A DNA stretch of 64,000 nt from Gemmatimonadota bacterium. GTDB taxonomy: Bacteria; Gemmatimonadota; Gemmatimonadetes; Gemmatimonadales; GWC2-71-9. Both the position numbers and the translations under genes were made by a program. The first letter of the stretch is position 1. Every line of letters starts with the position of its first letter. Where the stretch lies: contig JBDHKN010000001.1 of NCBI GenBank assembly GCA_039586365.1, positions 92,964 through 156,963 on the forward strand. The letters are read 5' to 3'. The notes beneath the pieces are model-generated. The model searched no databases. It was not told the DNA's origin and saw only the letters and a program-made list of their open reading frames with translations. Positions 20,098 to 29,320 of the stretch are shown piece by piece.

Positions 20098-21119
20098 AGC
20101 AGGCTCAATTGCATTTTCTGTTTTACCACTCGATGTTCTCTCACCTGCAACGGGTCGTCTGGATCAATCCCATGCTTCCGTGCAATTCGCTGAAACCGGC
20201 GCTGGACTGCAGTGACGTAGCTGGATGGTGCGTCCCAGTTACCTCGGTATGCCACACGGTATCGTGGGATGAGATTCGGGAAATGCTGTGCGATGATTGA
20301 TAAGAAGTGGTCTCGCGCTGCCGGATAGAAGCGCAACACCGAGGGGTGTACGAAAGCAGTATCTGCTGCACGTGCCGCAAGCATGAGAGCATCGATCTGA
20401 AAAACGGAGTCCGTGACGCCTGGTAGGATTGGCGCGGCGTTGATCCCTGCTCTGATACCCGCCTTGTTCAGCTTCTGGAGGGTACGAAGCCTTGCGTGGG
20501 GCATGGATGCGCGGGGCTCGAACAGCTTGATAGTCCGTATGTCCGTACTGATTAGAGAGATATAGACCGTCACGCGGTGTCTGCGTCCCAATTCGCCTAG
20601 TAGGTCGGTGTCGCGGCAGATGAGGGGACTCTTAGTAATGATTCCGATGGCCAGGCCACGGGCATCTAAAAACCTCTCGACGATTGCTCGCGTGATTTGA
20701 AACCGTCGCTCGGCTGGCTGATAGGGATCAGTCGCAGTTCCGATGATGATAGGGTGAGGATCGTCAAGAGTGTTCTTCAAGTGGATCCGGACGAGATCGC
20801 GCTCGAGTGCAGTCAGAACAGCTTGGCGTCGTTTGACGAAGATGTGTCTTTCGAACATCTCCCAATTTCCTGAAGCTCGAAACTGAGCGACCGCTTCTGT
20901 GGAGGCCTTTCCAGCGTAATGTGCGCGTTCCACCGCATACCGGTGTGTAACGCGGGCGTAGCAATAGGTACAGCCGAACTCGCAGCCTATGTAAGGATTG
21001 ATCGACCAAAAGCCCATGCCAGTGCTTGCGGGGGAGTTAACGACCGACTTGACCTCGTGTTCGAGGAAGGTGACACTGCAGTGGCGTTGGTCGTATGCTG
21101 GGCGTCCCCTGTTACCCAC
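20094..21119 (-). CDS. Radical SAM protein, SplB-like (PA0069/Rv2578c type)
   Basis: INPYIGCEFGCTYCYAR CxxxCxxC, GTATDPYQPAE and ITKS motifs; start tentatively the GTG at 21119. Confidence 0.88.
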   Translation of the reverse strand: MGNRGRPAYDQRHCSVTFLEHEVKSVVNSPASTGMGFWSINPYIGCEFGCTYCYARVTHRYAVERAHYAGKASTEAVAQFRASGNWEMFERHIFVKRRQAVLTALERDLVRIHLKNTLDDPHPIIIGTATDPYQPAERRFQITRAIVERFLDARGLAIGIITKSPLICRDTDLLGELGRRHRVTVYISLISTDIRTIKLFEPRASMPHARLRTLQKLNKAGIRAGINAAPILPGVTDSVFQIDALMLAARAADTAFVHPSVLRFYPAARDHFLSIIAQHFPNLIPRYRVAYRGNWDAPSSYVTAVQRRFQRIARKHGIDPDDPLQVREHRVVKQKMQLSLL

Positions 21120-21300
21120 ATTTCCCCCATCCACACGCGGGGCAGACGAAACATCCGGAGGCCGGATACACAGTACTGCCACAGTCCGGACACAGATGTG
21201 CAGGGTTCCAGCCAGGAGGTTGGTCAACCTCTTTGGTGTTGGAGACAGGCGAAGATGGGCTAGGTGACTTCGTTTGTGTGTTCGGGTAAACTTCGGTCAT
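21112..21300 (-). CDS. 62-aa Cys-rich zinc-ribbon protein
   Basis: CPDCG-x7-GCFVCPACGWGKCG; stop overlaps the probable radical SAM start. Confidence 0.65.
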   Translation of the reverse strand: MTEVYPNTQTKSPSPSSPVSNTKEVDQPPGWNPAHLCPDCGSTVYPASGCFVCPACGWGKCG

Positions 21301-21319
21301 ATACCGAATATATACCGAA
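21281..21319. promoter_or_regulatory. Candidate SOS-type repressor operator array TTCGG-N6-TTCGG-N7-CCGAA-N6-CCGAA
   Basis: Half-sites at 21281, 21292, 21304 and 21315; 11-bp direct-repeat spacing and overall dyad symmetry; heads the dnaE2 cassette. Confidence 0.7.
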
Positions 21320-21334
21320 TATACCTTGGCGCAA
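21307..21334 (-). promoter_or_regulatory. Candidate sigma70 promoter TTGCGC-N16-TATATT
   Basis: Read on the minus strand; the -10 ends 6 nt before the ATG at 21300. Confidence 0.5.
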
Positions 21335-21475
21335 GATGCGCCTTATGTGGTTATTTTAAATGAACTTACGCACTGTTGTTGCGTTCATGCTGTTGCCTGA
21401 CGAGATTCCGCCCCCTTGACAGTAAGTGCGTCGGATATCTGGGAAAGCCGTAATAACTCCACCACGATTGAGCCA

Positions 21476-22648
21476 ATGACAGGGCGTCTACTGCCACCAT
21501 CGAAAACCGCCGCATCTTTTGCCAGCCACCCACTGGTGCGTGCGGTAGCGGTTCTGGTACTGCTTTTCGTGTTTCTGGTGGGAGTCAATGGCCTGAGCGA
21601 TGGGTTCAAGTCGCTTGGCAGCGACATACTGGATTCGTTCTTCGCCGCAACCGAAAATCCGTTCGTGGCGCTGATGGTGGGTATTCTTGCCACCACCTTG
21701 GTGCAGAGTTCTTCGGTCACGACGTCAATGATCGTCGCGTTTGTAGCGGCACCGGAGAATCCCCTCCCAATAGCCAACGCCGTACCAATGGTGATGGGTG
21801 CCAACATCGGCACTACGGTGACGAATACGATAGTCTCCCTCGCCCACATGAGACGGCCGGATGAGTTTCGCCGTGCTTTCTCGGTAGCCACCTGCCACGA
21901 CTTCTTCAACTTCTTTGCCGTGGCCGTACTCTTACCGCTGGAGATGCTGACGGGGTATCTGCGGCACGCAGCTACTATCCTTTCGTCGTTCCTCACTGGG
22001 CTTGGTGGAATGGAGTACGACAGTCCGATCAAAGGGGCTCTAAAAGCTGCACTGACGCCTATCAAACAGCTGATAGCCACGGTTTTTGAGCCGCCGAAGC
22101 TGGAGGCCGTCATTTTGATAGTTGTCTGTGCTCTTTTGATCTTTGGAGCCCTGATGTCCCTTGTTAAGGTCCTACGTTCTATTATGGAGACACGTGTTGA
22201 GTCGATCGTCGCCGGGGCTCTGGAACGTAACGCCATGGTGTTGATGAGTGTGGGACTGGTAGTGACGGCGCTGGTTCAATCGAGTTCTATCACCACGTCG
22301 CTCTTGGTGCCGCTAGCAGGCGCTGGGCTCCTCACGGTTGAGCGTGCATTCCCGATCACCATCGGGGCTAACATAGGGACGACTGTTACGGCACTTCTCG
22401 CCGCGTTGGCCGCAGCCGGAGTGAACGCCCGGGCAGGTGTAACGATTGCACTGGTGCACCTCTTGTTCAATATCAGTGGGACTCTATTGATTTATCCTGT
22501 GGAGAGGATTCGGAGCATCCCGATAACAGCGGCCAAGCGACTGGCAGGTCTGGCGGTGAGATCTCGTCGTTGGGCCCTGATCTATGTTGTCGTGTTGTTT
22601 TACGCACTTCCGGCGCTTTTTGCCATTGCTAACAGGCTGTTCAAGTAG
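21476..22648 (+). CDS. Na/Pi cotransporter family protein
   Basis: Duplicated VQSSS and GANIGTT motifs. Confidence 0.92.
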   Translation: MTGRLLPPSKTAASFASHPLVRAVAVLVLLFVFLVGVNGLSDGFKSLGSDILDSFFAATENPFVALMVGILATTLVQSSSVTTSMIVAFVAAPENPLPIANAVPMVMGANIGTTVTNTIVSLAHMRRPDEFRRAFSVATCHDFFNFFAVAVLLPLEMLTGYLRHAATILSSFLTGLGGMEYDSPIKGALKAALTPIKQLIATVFEPPKLEAVILIVVCALLIFGALMSLVKVLRSIMETRVESIVAGALERNAMVLMSVGLVVTALVQSSSITTSLLVPLAGAGLLTVERAFPITIGANIGTTVTALLAALAAAGVNARAGVTIALVHLLFNISGTLLIYPVERIRSIPITAAKRLAGLAVRSRRWALIYVVVLFYALPALFAIANRLFK

Positions 22649-22662
22649 TCTTGGGGGCAAGT

Positions 22663-23358
22663 ATGCTGCGTGAGTTGATCAAGATCTTCCGCGCCGAGGA
22701 ACCGCTCGGGAAGATGGGTACGAATTTCGCTCAGATGCTCAAGATCACTTTTGAGACCACCGTGAGAGCTGGCGATATCTATTTTGGTAAGCCAGCGACA
22801 CCGGAGGAACGAACCTGGATCTACAAACAGGACGTGAAGGTCAACAAGCTGCAGCGGAAGATCCGCAAGCAGGTAATCGCTCATCTTTCCCTGGCGGGCA
22901 ACGCCCTTGACCTGCCGTACTGCTTGCTCATCATGAGCCTGGTCAAGGACGTGGAGCGGCTGGGAGACTACGCCAAGAACCTGTCGGAGATTGTAGATGC
23001 CCACTCTGGCCCTCTGCCTGACGATGAGATCGTTGCAGAACTTCGGGAGATCCGTTCAGGTGTTGAGGCGGCGTTCCAGGTAGTGGCGGAAGTCTTCCAG
23101 CAGTCCGATACCGAGCGAGCGGTCGAACTGATACGCCAGGGTCAGGATCTTGCCCGAAGGTGTGATATGCTGGTTGTGAGAATTGCTCGCAGCGACCATC
23201 TTGCTGGTCCGACAACCGCGCTTGCCTTGGGGACCCGGTTCTACAAGCGAATCGGTGGTCATGTCCTCAATGTCCTCTCTAGTGTCGTGATGCCACTCCA
23301 CAAGCTGGATTACTATGATGAGGACGCTGTCCCACCTGAGTACCGTACTCAGGCTTAG
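22663..23358 (+). CDS. PhoU domain protein
   Basis: DVKVNKLQ and KDVERLGDYAKN motifs; follows the Na/Pi transporter. Confidence 0.85.
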   Translation: MLRELIKIFRAEEPLGKMGTNFAQMLKITFETTVRAGDIYFGKPATPEERTWIYKQDVKVNKLQRKIRKQVIAHLSLAGNALDLPYCLLIMSLVKDVERLGDYAKNLSEIVDAHSGPLPDDEIVAELREIRSGVEAAFQVVAEVFQQSDTERAVELIRQGQDLARRCDMLVVRIARSDHLAGPTTALALGTRFYKRIGGHVLNVLSSVVMPLHKLDYYDEDAVPPEYRTQA

Positions 23359-25712
23359 TTCGCTGTCCTCTCAGTACCGTCACCAAACAGGGCAGCCAAG
23401 ACCTGAGGGGTCGGCCTACTCCTCCTAGCGGGCGGTAGCTCGTCGAGGCACTGGGTGAGCGTTTTGTGGCCCGACTGAGCCGCAAGTAGGCCAGCGAGTT
23501 CTCGCTCTCCGCCTACGGTAAGACCCGCATGTACCCGGTCAAGCAATCGATCCAGGATGTAGAGCCGTCGATAATCCCGCAGTCCACTTGCTATGTATGC
23601 CTCGCCCATGATGTTTCGGCCCAGACGGCGCGCAGCCGGATTGACTGGACCAACCTCGAAATCGGCCAGTCTGCGACGCACGAGGTTCAGGAATCCCGCC
23701 ACCAGCTCGTTAGGCGGTGCAGCCGGAGATAGCTCGGCTGACAGCAGTCGTCGCAGAATTGTGTCGGCCAGTGCGTAGTCGGTCTCCAGTTGGAGCGGCT
23801 GGTTGCGGAGCACGATTAGCTCAGGAATGTCACTGCCGTCGACTGCCCAGCGGATTGCGAGCGCAGCGGCCAAAGGACCCTGCACAACCGCGAATGCTGG
23901 ACGCGTCCCGCTCTCTGCTCGAACTGCCCCGCGTCCCAACCGCTCTCTGTCCTCCAACATCACGTTTATCAGGTGACCCTTTCCCACCAATGTCGTCGCT
24001 GGTACACCCACCCCAAGTTGACAGCGGGCCTTTTCAGCCAGGCGGGCCTCGATTTGCAGACGTCTGTCAATTGCGTGTGGCGGGGCGAACCAGCAGACGT
24101 CCGCCACTCCATGTTTTGAACCCAACCGCACCACACGGCCAATACGCTGCTCGAGAGTGAGAGGTGTCCACGGAAGGTCGTAGTGCACGACGCCATCCGC
24201 GTCCTGTAGGTCGAGGCCCTCGCTGGCGAAATCTGTGGCAATGAGGGTGGTCACTCGCGTAGCCGTGTGAGGCTCGGGCATTCGACGTGCCTTCGGCGCA
24301 AAGAGAGCTAGTGCCTCTTCTACTGGTATTCGGCCGGATGCAATCCAGCCCTTGCCCGCTCCTACCACCGCGACGCGGTGCCAACTCAGGCTATGTGCTA
24401 GGTCTAGCGCCGTAGCCACAGCAGCCGTGAACACAATCGTCTTGTGATCTCGCCTCCGCTTGATCAGCCGAGCGAGGACGGTAGCCTTGGGATCAGCACC
24501 ACTCTTGCTCGGCAGCTCCTTCAACAGATTGCTCAGTCTACTCCGCTCTCGGTCCAGCGATTCCAGATCTACGTCCGTGAGTGAATGTCGCTCGGCTAGA
24601 TCACAGAGTTGCAGCTGCAGTTCGTACTCGGAACCGAAGATCCGGCGCGCCCGGGCTCGTGATAGCTGGTTGCCAGATCGGGCTTCCTGCAAGGCCCGCT
24701 CAATGTAGACGAGATGTTTTCGTACGGTCTGGCGAAAGGCAGTCGCGGAGGAGGCGAGCCGGAATAGCAAGTGTAGTCTCAATAAAGCAGCTGCTTGCTT
24801 TTCGCTTGTTGGCGGGAACTCTAGTGCATCTGTCATCCGGAGCAAGCTGGTTAGTTTTCCCGGCGTAACGGGCGGTGGTCGCATGATCGCTCCATCCCTC
24901 ACTGCGGGAGGCAGGTGAGAGGCGGTGTCCAGCGTGCTGCGTGAGCGAGCAACAATAGCCGGCGCCGTCGCTCTCCCGAGCTCTCGATAAACGCGCGCTC
25001 CAGTTGCAGCCTCCAATGAACGGACTCCAAACAAGGCGAACGCGTGATCAGCTGCAAAGAGCCGCAGCAAGTTCACCAAATCTGCCGCTCGGTTGACCAC
25101 GGGCGTAGCGGTGAGGAGTAGGACATGCGCCAACTTGACAGCCCGGGCTAGCGTGTCATAGCGGCGCGTCAATGGGTTCCGGAATCGGTGCGCCTCATCA
25201 ACTATGAGGAGCTCTGATGGTGGTATGTAGCATCCGTGGCTCAGTGCCTCATGTGATAACAAAGACACAGTGCTGCTGCCGACTCCTTCGCATGCGCGAC
25301 GCCATTGTGGTAGGATCGCGGCAGGTACGAGTGCCGTTGCTGTTCTGTAGGTCGTAGCGATGGCGAGGGCCACATAGGTCTTCCCCAACCCGACAGCGTC
25401 AGCGACGAGCGCACCGCGTAGAGCTAGCAGGCTGGCGCGGGCTCTCCGGGCCGCCTGTCCCTGGTGGAGCATCAGCCAACGAGGGGGCTGCCACTCGGTA
25501 TCGATGGGACCGAGTGCCGCGGCCCGGAGCGCTGCCTCAAGTTTATGTGGCGCGACTTGGTACCCAAGATCGATGTTCCAAAGCAATGGCTCGCAGACGG
25601 CGTGCAGCTGCTCAGCCGTGATGCGTGGCCACTGAACGAAGGAAGCGGCGCGCCTTGGCTGATAGCCCGAGTGCGTCGGCGACGGCCTCGTCCAGGTCAG
25701 TGTTACTGACAT
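23355..25712 (-). CDS. SNF2-family helicase
   Basis: ADAVGLGKT, VDEAHRFRN, LTATP, SEGLDLQ and YDLPW...EQRIGR motifs; start uncertain (101-bp overlap with the MTase). Confidence 0.85.
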   Translation of the reverse strand: MSVTLTWTRPSPTHSGYQPRRAASFVQWPRITAEQLHAVCEPLLWNIDLGYQVAPHKLEAALRAAALGPIDTEWQPPRWLMLHQGQAARRARASLLALRGALVADAVGLGKTYVALAIATTYRTATALVPAAILPQWRRACEGVGSSTVSLLSHEALSHGCYIPPSELLIVDEAHRFRNPLTRRYDTLARAVKLAHVLLLTATPVVNRAADLVNLLRLFAADHAFALFGVRSLEAATGARVYRELGRATAPAIVARSRSTLDTASHLPPAVRDGAIMRPPPVTPGKLTSLLRMTDALEFPPTSEKQAAALLRLHLLFRLASSATAFRQTVRKHLVYIERALQEARSGNQLSRARARRIFGSEYELQLQLCDLAERHSLTDVDLESLDRERSRLSNLLKELPSKSGADPKATVLARLIKRRRDHKTIVFTAAVATALDLAHSLSWHRVAVVGAGKGWIASGRIPVEEALALFAPKARRMPEPHTATRVTTLIATDFASEGLDLQDADGVVHYDLPWTPLTLEQRIGRVVRLGSKHGVADVCWFAPPHAIDRRLQIEARLAEKARCQLGVGVPATTLVGKGHLINVMLEDRERLGRGAVRAESGTRPAFAVVQGPLAAALAIRWAVDGSDIPELIVLRNQPLQLETDYALADTILRRLLSAELSPAAPPNELVAGFLNLVRRRLADFEVGPVNPAARRLGRNIMGEAYIASGLRDYRRLYILDRLLDRVHAGLTVGGERELAGLLAAQSGHKTLTQCLDELPPARRSRPTPQVLAALFGDGTERTAN

Positions 25713-28683
25713 GGTCGCCTTTGTGAGCTTGCGCGCTCAGTTCACGCAGGGCTGAGCGCTGGGGTCCGGGCTTCGGCACAGGTATCTGTCCGGCGACCCG
25801 GGCGTTGATGCGGCGGTAACCACCCCGGGCCTCGTCTGCAATAGCATACGTCAGCGCTCGAGCCCAGCAGGAGTTCAGCACTCCCGTGATCGTGAGTGCA
25901 GTGTCCCTATTAGGCGCGGACGCCAAGTAACAAGTGTTCAGGGGGATGGCTCTGTTTGCGTCGGTTTCGTCCAATGCCACTGCGCGTGGATGTGTGGCTA
26001 TGTCTGCCCAGACTACCCGGTTTTCCGACAGTGCGGGTTTCACTCGGAACAAACTCCAGAACGGACCGCCCCGATAGTCGGCGCGTTTCGTGAGCTTCAT
26101 CGAGTACCGTCTCAAGTAGCTCGCTGCTTTGCGCGGAATCGTGTCGAGTGGGGCGCCGGATTCGGCATGAGTCCACACTATGACGTGTTCTGGATGAGCC
26201 TGAAACGGTGTAACGTCCCGACCTCTGAGTGCAGGGCGCAACATCGCTGACTCGATTGCGACGCTCCGATCAGCAAACTCCACGTGGCCGAAGTCTCCAT
26301 TCGCTCCGGCCGTGTGGCCAATGAAGATCCTGTCTGCTCCGGTCTTTACTCCCAATGCGGGAGTCGCGACCTCAGCTAGTGGCTGACCTGCGGACCGAAG
26401 CTCCTCAAGAGCGTCTCGGACGTTATTGGGGAGGAGGATCCAGGGTCCTGAGCCATTTAGTGCTGCCTGTGACAACGAGCAGTTTGGTGTGAAGCCGAGT
26501 TGGACAGTGTGCGTCGGCTTCGGTGGTTCCTTCCTAACCACGAGGCCCAAGGGGTATGTCGTGGCCCCGAAACGCTCCGCGTCTCGTTCGGAAACACGGT
26601 GTACGAAAGTGATAGACGTTTCCCGTACCAGCCCCCTCCGCGCAGCCTCACCGTAGGTAGCGGATGTCACCTTGCTGGGAAGTAGGAGTCCGACTGTACC
26701 TCCCGGAGCGACCAATTCCAGGGCGCGTTGAAGAAACGCTACCGAGAGGTCGGGGAGGTGTGCGTAGCCACGTGCTCCACTGCTGCGCCACCAACTGAAA
26801 CGCTCCTGCAGGGTGCGTCGCAGGGGTGGTGATAGGCGTTCCGCTCGCACCCATGGAGGGTTACCGACTACTGCACAGAAGCCTCCGTCTGCGATGACAT
26901 CGGGTGCCTGTATCTCGAATGAGAAGAAGGGGATCCGTCCTTCAGATACCTGCTTCTGTGCGCGCACCAGGTCCCTTTTCGTCGACCTGAGCACCCGGAG
27001 ACGCTCTGCCTGTGCACGCGTGAGGCCGGAAGGGTCACCGAACAGATCGCGACCGGATAGGATTGCTGTGAGGTCTCCGATCGCGTACTGGATGCTGGTG
27101 ATTGCTTGCCGAAGGACACATCGTGCAACCTTGATCTCAGTCTGTCGTAGTCGACGGAGATCCTGTTGCTGGGCTCCGCCTCCAGAATCGAATAGGGTGC
27201 GCCGGGCTGCACTCACTGAACGAGTAGCGTCGTTCCACGCGTTGCCTATGCCGTGAAGTAAACGTCGAGCTGCTCCGACTGGATCGAGGAGTGTGTCGCC
27301 CTGTCGGACGACACCATCGAGATTGGGTAGAGGCGCTACCTGCGGGATCTCTGTCGTGGGATCGTCCGCTACAACTGCGAGCCACAGCCTGAGTTCAGCG
27401 AGATGTACTGCCACTGGGTTTATGTCGATTCCCATGAGGTTGTCACGCATTATGTCTCTCCTGATCCGGGACCTATCCTGGTGTCGCGGTCCGAGGAGAG
27501 CGCTGCGTATCCGGGTGAGAGTCTCAAGAACTCCAAGTAGGAAGGCACCGGAACCGACCGCAGGATCGAGAATGCGGAGTCGCTGCAGTGCAATGCCCGC
27601 AGTCCGCTTTTCGTCCTCTGTCAGGTGTGCGCCGCTCGCTACGGCATGGGCCAGCCGGTGCGGCATTTGACGTGTCAAGGCAGATTCGATGGTGGCCTCG
27701 ACCAACTGTTTGACGACCGCTTCCGGAGTGTAGAAGGTGCCGCTCTCATGGCGTTCCGTTCCCTCCATGAGCCTCTCGAACACCCTCCCCAACATGTCTG
27801 GAGCTATGGCATCGACCTCATCATCCTCCCGCACACAGAATCTGAATCTCTCGAACAGACCATCAAATGCGTCACGCCACAGCTCGTTGGGATAGTGGAT
27901 CCGTCCCACCCGTCGCTCGATCGGATGAGGCTCAAAGAGACCGCCGTTCAAATAGGGAATGGTCCCGAGCTTGATTTGCCGATTTCTTTGCCGCAGTGGG
28001 CGGTTCAGCGTGCCGAAGAACAATGGATTGAGCTTCGTGCGGTGGAAGTCGCTACGGGTTTGGAGCGCTCTGTCGAAAAGAGACCGCAGATAGCAGGAAT
28101 CTCGGTTGAGCCAGCCTTTCTGTTGTACGAAGTAGAGAAACATGACTCGCGTGAGGCTCAACAGGGCCAGCATCCTGCGTTCTCTACCGGTTGCCGCACC
28201 ACCGGGGGTTGTAGCCATGCGCTCATAGATCTGCCTGAATGCACAGAAGAACCGCTCAGTTACCTTTTCGCTGCTCAGCACCTCAGCAACCCACAGGGCA
28301 TGCGAGAGCGCATTGGACGATTTCTTCGGTCTGAGTCTTTCCAGTTGTTCAAGGGTGAACCGAGAGGGATTGTTGAGCTGGACTGTGAGTGCGCGCGTGG
28401 TGCCTGGTCGACCAATGCGCGGAGCGGCAAGCGTCAGGGTGCCTGCTCTTGCAAGAACCACTGCCAACCCACGCTGTGAGTTCCGTGCAAGCTTGGCTGC
28501 GAGCTGACGTACTGCTTGTAACGGGTCATCGCCTGCCGCGGCCACCACCTTGAAACCCTGCCAGTGGGCCACTACAAGTGCTTCACCGTATACTCCGATG
28601 TGGTCGGGCTTGTATCCCAGTGCCACAAACAGCCGGCTGACTTCTGCGGTTGTAGCAATGCCCTTGAGTACCTGCTTGACCAT
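25612..28683 (-). CDS. Large N6-adenine DNA methyltransferase (Eco57I/type IIG/DrmMI-like)
   Basis: IPYLNGGLFE, GTFYTP, DPAVGSGAF (motif I) and GNPPW (motif IV); TaqI-like C-terminal recognition region. Confidence 0.88.
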   Translation of the reverse strand: MVKQVLKGIATTAEVSRLFVALGYKPDHIGVYGEALVVAHWQGFKVVAAAGDDPLQAVRQLAAKLARNSQRGLAVVLARAGTLTLAAPRIGRPGTTRALTVQLNNPSRFTLEQLERLRPKKSSNALSHALWVAEVLSSEKVTERFFCAFRQIYERMATTPGGAATGRERRMLALLSLTRVMFLYFVQQKGWLNRDSCYLRSLFDRALQTRSDFHRTKLNPLFFGTLNRPLRQRNRQIKLGTIPYLNGGLFEPHPIERRVGRIHYPNELWRDAFDGLFERFRFCVREDDEVDAIAPDMLGRVFERLMEGTERHESGTFYTPEAVVKQLVEATIESALTRQMPHRLAHAVASGAHLTEDEKRTAGIALQRLRILDPAVGSGAFLLGVLETLTRIRSALLGPRHQDRSRIRRDIMRDNLMGIDINPVAVHLAELRLWLAVVADDPTTEIPQVAPLPNLDGVVRQGDTLLDPVGAARRLLHGIGNAWNDATRSVSAARRTLFDSGGGAQQQDLRRLRQTEIKVARCVLRQAITSIQYAIGDLTAILSGRDLFGDPSGLTRAQAERLRVLRSTKRDLVRAQKQVSEGRIPFFSFEIQAPDVIADGGFCAVVGNPPWVRAERLSPPLRRTLQERFSWWRSSGARGYAHLPDLSVAFLQRALELVAPGGTVGLLLPSKVTSATYGEAARRGLVRETSITFVHRVSERDAERFGATTYPLGLVVRKEPPKPTHTVQLGFTPNCSLSQAALNGSGPWILLPNNVRDALEELRSAGQPLAEVATPALGVKTGADRIFIGHTAGANGDFGHVEFADRSVAIESAMLRPALRGRDVTPFQAHPEHVIVWTHAESGAPLDTIPRKAASYLRRYSMKLTKRADYRGGPFWSLFRVKPALSENRVVWADIATHPRAVALDETDANRAIPLNTCYLASAPNRDTALTITGVLNSCWARALTYAIADEARGGYRRINARVAGQIPVPKPGPQRSALRELSAQAHKGDHVSNTDLDEAVADALGLSAKARRFLRSVATHHG

Positions 28684-28778
28684 GGACCGTTCTTGTCGGA
28701 GGACGGTCCATCGTAGTACGGGATTGGGGAGCTCACAGCATCATATGATTGCGGATCTAATCGTACTGACGCGGGAAT

Positions 28779-29309
28779 CTAAGTCGCTAGGAGATCTCGC
28801 ACTTGTCCAAGATCCATGTCTCGAGCGATAGGTGGCGGCCAAGCTTCTTGCCTCAACTGCAGATCAATCAGAGTACGCTCGTTTGAGACACGCTGCCGGG
28901 TTGCGGCATCGATCAAACCTGTTCTTATGGCCGTATCGAACTCGTGTTCGTCCAGCCAGACGGGATCACCGTTTGCCGGCTGCCAGAGATCCAAGAACAG
29001 GTCGTTCCCGATCCAGTGATCACCCTTGAACTCGACGGGCTTCGAAAGGTTGGTGTACCAGCCAGTGAACGTACCGTCAGCAAGGTGGAACCGCCCGATG
29101 TCGTGCCAGGAATCTGTGATGATGAACCAGACAATGGGGGCGCCGCGCTCGAGGGTGAGAGTATCTGCAACCAGAACGTTGTCGCCCGAGAAGTGTTCCT
29201 GCAACAGAACCTTCACGTCCGGCCGATCGAGTACGAGGGCTTCCCTGTAGACGACCGTCTCCTTGCCCGGTCGATGGTACTCAAAGTGGATCTGTCGTGA
29301 CAGGAGCAA
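28779..29309 (-). CDS. DUF402 family protein
   Basis: GWYTNL, DLFLDLW and WLDEHEF motifs. Confidence 0.8.
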   Translation of the reverse strand: MLLSRQIHFEYHRPGKETVVYREALVLDRPDVKVLLQEHFSGDNVLVADTLTLERGAPIVWFIITDSWHDIGRFHLADGTFTGWYTNLSKPVEFKGDHWIGNDLFLDLWQPANGDPVWLDEHEFDTAIRTGLIDAATRQRVSNERTLIDLQLRQEAWPPPIARDMDLGQVRDLLAT

Positions 29310-29320
29310 CCTGGGTCTCG

